Assembly: GCA_035458105.1 (NCBI GenBank)
Contig: DATIAJ010000254.1
Coordinates: 1-48,914, forward strand
DNA from: Nocardioides sp.
GTDB taxonomy: Bacteria; Actinomycetota; Actinomycetes; Propionibacteriales; Nocardioidaceae
Length of the DNA: 48,914 nt
Direction of reading: 5' to 3'
Below are positions 45,761 to 48,914 of this stretch, piece after piece. Every line of letters begins with the position of its first letter. The stretch's first letter is position 1. Under the pieces are notes generated by a model. It ran no database searches. It saw only the letters and a list, made by a program, of their open reading frames with translations, and had not been told where the DNA came from. Made by a program: the position numbers and the translations under genes.

Positions 45761-47316
45761 TCCCCGAGCCCGGCGAGGGCTACGTCCGGCTCAGTCCGCG
45801 CAAGCTCCTGCTCGACCCGGTGAAGGCCGTCGGGCAGATGGTGGTGCCCGTGGTCATCGCACTGGTCGGGATCAGCCGGAGCGACACGCAGTTCTGGCCG
45901 ATCATCCTGCCCCTCGTCGTCATCGGGCCGCTCGTCCTCGGCGCGCTGCCCTGGCTGACGACCCACTACCGCCTCACCGGCACCCAGATCCAGGTGCGCA
46001 GCGGCGTCCTCAACAAGACCACCTCGACCGCGCCGCTCGATCGCGTGCGCAGCGTCGACCTCGAGGCGTCCCTCCTCCACCGCGTCCTCGGCCTGCAGAA
46101 GGTGCAGATCGGCACGGGCGTCGACGACGACCGCATCACGCTCGACGCCCTCGCCGCACCCGACGCCCAGGCACTGCGTACGACGCTGCTGACCCGCCGC
46201 GCGGTCGCCGCGCAGGCCGCGACCGCGCCGGTCGACGGCGGCCGGGCCGCCGACCGGACCGACGTTCCCTGGTCCGAGCAGGCCGTCGCGCCCGTGGTCC
46301 CGCCCCCTCCGCCGGCTGCGCCCGCAGTACTGCTGGCGCGGATCGACTGGTCGTGGCTGCGTTTCGCTCCCTTCAGCCTCGGCCGGCTGGTGCTGCTGGT
46401 GGGCGGCCTCGGTGTGCTGTCCCAGGTCGCCGACGAGCTGCCGATCTGGAACGAGGAGACGGCGACCTCGGCCTGGACGTGGCTGACCCAGTTCGCCGTC
46501 GCCGCCATCGTCCTCGTGCTCGCCGTCGGTGCACTCGCCCTCTGGCTGATCGTGTCGGTCGCCGGCTACGTGCTGCAGTGGTGGAACTTCCGCCTCGTGC
46601 GCGAGCACGGCTCACTCCACCTCACCTCCGGCCTCGTGACCACCCGCTCGATCACGGTCGAGGAGGCCAAGGTCCGCGGCGTCGAGATCACCGAACCGGT
46701 GCTGATGCGGGTGGTCGGTGGGGCCGAGCTGTCGACGCTGGCCACCGGCGTGGAGGACGGCGTCACCCAGGTCCTGCCGCCCTGCCCCCGCGGCGTCGCC
46801 GTCGCGGTCGGCGAGGCCGTCCTCGACCGCCCCGGACCGCTGACCGAGCGGCTCGTGGAGCACGGGCCCACGGCTCGGCGGCGTGCGTGGTTCCGCCAGC
46901 TCCGCAACGCCCTGGAGGTCATCGTGCTGCTGGCCGTCGGCTGGTGGTGGTTCGAGCTCACCTGGTGGTGGCTGGTCGCGGTGGGCGGCGCCCTCCTCGT
47001 CCTCGCGGCGGCGGCGGGCGAGGCGACGTACCGCCACCTCGGGCACGCGCTGTCGGCGGACCACCTCGTCGCCGGTGGCGGCACGTTCGCGCGGATCCGC
47101 ACGGTTCTCGAGACCGACGGCATCATCGGCTGGGTGGTCTCGCAGTCGTGGTGGCAGCGCCGCATCGGGCTCGCCGACCTGACGGCCACGACCGCAGCCG
47201 GCGCCGAGCGGGTGCTGGTGCGCGACGTACGCCTCGACGTGGCCGTGGCGCTGGCCGACCGGGCCACGCCCGGGCTGCTGACCGACTTCGTCGAGCCGGC
47301 CCGCACCCCGGCCTAG
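45757..47316 (+). CDS. bPH_2 repeat (YdbT-like) membrane protein
   Basis: Three PH-like repeats separated by TM pairs; GTGA-coupled to the ydbS-like gene. Confidence 0.9.
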   Translation: MIPEPGEGYVRLSPRKLLLDPVKAVGQMVVPVVIALVGISRSDTQFWPIILPLVVIGPLVLGALPWLTTHYRLTGTQIQVRSGVLNKTTSTAPLDRVRSVDLEASLLHRVLGLQKVQIGTGVDDDRITLDALAAPDAQALRTTLLTRRAVAAQAATAPVDGGRAADRTDVPWSEQAVAPVVPPPPPAAPAVLLARIDWSWLRFAPFSLGRLVLLVGGLGVLSQVADELPIWNEETATSAWTWLTQFAVAAIVLVLAVGALALWLIVSVAGYVLQWWNFRLVREHGSLHLTSGLVTTRSITVEEAKVRGVEITEPVLMRVVGGAELSTLATGVEDGVTQVLPPCPRGVAVAVGEAVLDRPGPLTERLVEHGPTARRRAWFRQLRNALEVIVLLAVGWWWFELTWWWLVAVGGALLVLAAAAGEATYRHLGHALSADHLVAGGGTFARIRTVLETDGIIGWVVSQSWWQRRIGLADLTATTAAGAERVLVRDVRLDVAVALADRATPGLLTDFVEPARTPA

Positions 47317-48914
47317 AACCAGGCGTCGCGCATCTCCAGCGTGGTGGTGTCGCCCGAGGCGAGCAGGTCGAGCATCGGGCCGACCTTGGGCAGCTCCCAG
47401 CGGAAGAAGTAGCGCGCCGCCGCCCGCTTGCCGTCGTAGAAGTCGCCGGTCCTCTCCCCCACCGCGACGAGCTGCTCGAGCCACATCCAGGCGACCACCA
47501 CGTGGCCGGCGGCCTCGAGGTAGACCGTCGCGTTGGCCATCGTGCGCTCGGGGTCGCCCAGCCCGGCTAGCGCGAGGGTGACCTCGCCCAGCCGGTCGAC
47601 GGCCGCCTGCAGCGCGTCGGCGTGGGCGGCTGGCTCACCGCCGAGGTCGCGTGCCCGGCCGACGGTCTCGGCGATGCGCGCGGCGAGGGCCATCAGCGAG
47701 GCCCCGCCGCCGCCGAGGACCTTGCGGCCGAGGAGGTCGAGCGCCTGGATGCCGTGGGTGCCCTCGTGGATCGGGTTGAGCCGCTGGTCGCGCCAGTGGG
47801 CCTCGACGTCGTAGTCGCGGGTGTAGCCCGAGCCACCGAGCACCTGGATCGCGAGGCTGTTGCTCTCCTGGCCCCACTGCGAGGGCCACGACTTCGCGAT
47901 CGGCGTCAGCAGGTCGAGCAGCCGGCCCGCCTCGGTGCGCTCCTCCTCGTCCTGGGCGGTGGCCTGGACGTCGAGCAGGCGCGAGCAGTACAGGTTCAGG
48001 GCCAGCGCCCCCTCGACGTACGACTTCTGCGCCAGCAGCATCCGTCGCACGTCGGCGTGCTCGATGATCGGCACCTGCGGCGCGCCCGGGTCGGCTGCGG
48101 TCAACCGGCGGCCCTGCGGGCGGGAGCGGGCGTACGCCAGCGACTTGAGGTAGGCGGTGTATGCCGTGGTGGTCGCGGACATCCCGACCCCGAGGCGCGC
48201 CGCGTTCATCATGTGGAACATGTAGGACAGGCCCTTGCCGGGCTCGCCGACCAGGTAGCCGATCGCACCGGCAGCGCCGCCGGGCGTGTACGCCCCGCCG
48301 CCGAAGACCGGCGCGGTGTTGACCGTGCCGCGACTGCCGAGCTTGTGGTTGATGCCGGCGAGCGCGACGTCGTTGCGCTCGCCGATCGAGCCGTCCTCGC
48401 CGACGAGGTGCTTGGGCACGACGAACAGCGAGATGCCGCGCGTGCCGGGTGCGGCGTCGGGCAGCTTGGCCAGCACCAGGTGGACGATGTTGTCGCCCAT
48501 CTCGTGGTCACCGCCGGAGATCCACATCTTGTTGCCGAAGATCCGGTAGGTGCCGTCGTCGGCGGGGACCGCCCGCGTGACCACGTCGCCGAGGCTGGAG
48601 CCGGCGTGCGGCTCCGAGAGCGTCATCGTCCCGAAGAAGCGCCCCTCCAGCATCGGGGCCACGTAGCGCTCGACCTGCTCCGGCGTGCCGTGGGCCAGCA
48701 GCAGCCCGGCGTTGGCGACGGTGAGGAACGAGTACGCCGCGGTGCCGATGTTGGCCGCGGTGAACCACGCCATGCACGCCGAGGCGACGACGTGCGGGAC
48801 CTGCTGCCCGCCGACCTCCTCGTCGAGGGTCAGCGTGAGCAGGTCGGCCTCGGCGAACTTCGCGAGCGCCGCCTCGATCTCCGGGATGAGGCGCACCTTC
48901 CCGTCCTCGAAGAC
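47313..48914 (-). CDS. Acyl-CoA dehydrogenase (3' part; starts beyond window end)
   Basis: GTMTLSEPHAGSSLGD, GNKMWISGG, GISLFVVPK, AIQVLGGSGYTRDY, IHEGTHGIQALDLLGRK. Confidence 0.95.
   Translation of the reverse strand, partial: VFEDGKVRLIPEIEAALAKFAEADLLTLTLDEEVGGQQVPHVVASACMAWFTAANIGTAAYSFLTVANAGLLLAHGTPEQVERYVAPMLEGRFFGTMTLSEPHAGSSLGDVVTRAVPADDGTYRIFGNKMWISGGDHEMGDNIVHLVLAKLPDAAPGTRGISLFVVPKHLVGEDGSIGERNDVALAGINHKLGSRGTVNTAPVFGGGAYTPGGAAGAIGYLVGEPGKGLSYMFHMMNAARLGVGMSATTTAYTAYLKSLAYARSRPQGRRLTAADPGAPQVPIIEHADVRRMLLAQKSYVEGALALNLYCSRLLDVQATAQDEEERTEAGRLLDLLTPIAKSWPSQWGQESNSLAIQVLGGSGYTRDYDVEAHWRDQRLNPIHEGTHGIQALDLLGRKVLGGGGASLMALAARIAETVGRARDLGGEPAAHADALQAAVDRLGEVTLALAGLGDPERTMANATVYLEAAGHVVVAWMWLEQLVAVGERTGDFYDGKRAAARYFFRWELPKVGPMLDLLASGDTTTLEMRDAWF

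Overview
High-GC actinobacterial chromosome; the gene content suggests Nocardioides or a relative (inference). The window runs from the 5' part of ileS, with a translational T-box riboswitch, through dapD, dapC-fdxA, vanW and mshB. It continues with a tightly coupled hybrid histidine kinase / response regulator / REC-cyclase / PGM1-like ATP-grasp ligase / gamma-glutamylcyclotransferase-like operon, a P450, psuK-psuG, a LacI-controlled alpha-glucoside ABC operon, mgtE, an HTH-STAND ATPase, ychF, a ydbST-like pair and a partial acyl-CoA dehydrogenase. No rRNA, tRNA, CRISPR array, integrase or classical transposase was seen. The best candidates for undescribed systems are: (1) the kinase-cyclase-peptide ligase-GGCT operon, possibly a signal-controlled write/erase amide-ligation system whose cyclase has non-canonical base-specifying residues; (2) a DUF559/Vsr-like nuclease-fold gene bracketed by clusters of GTAG-type REP palindromes, a RAYT-like layout with a different enzyme; (3) an apparent excess of the palindrome CGTACG that forces rare codons. 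There is also a 39-codon relic of a non-discriminating AspRS-like gene that the ORF track misses. All family assignments come from motif recognition by eye; no database searches were run.
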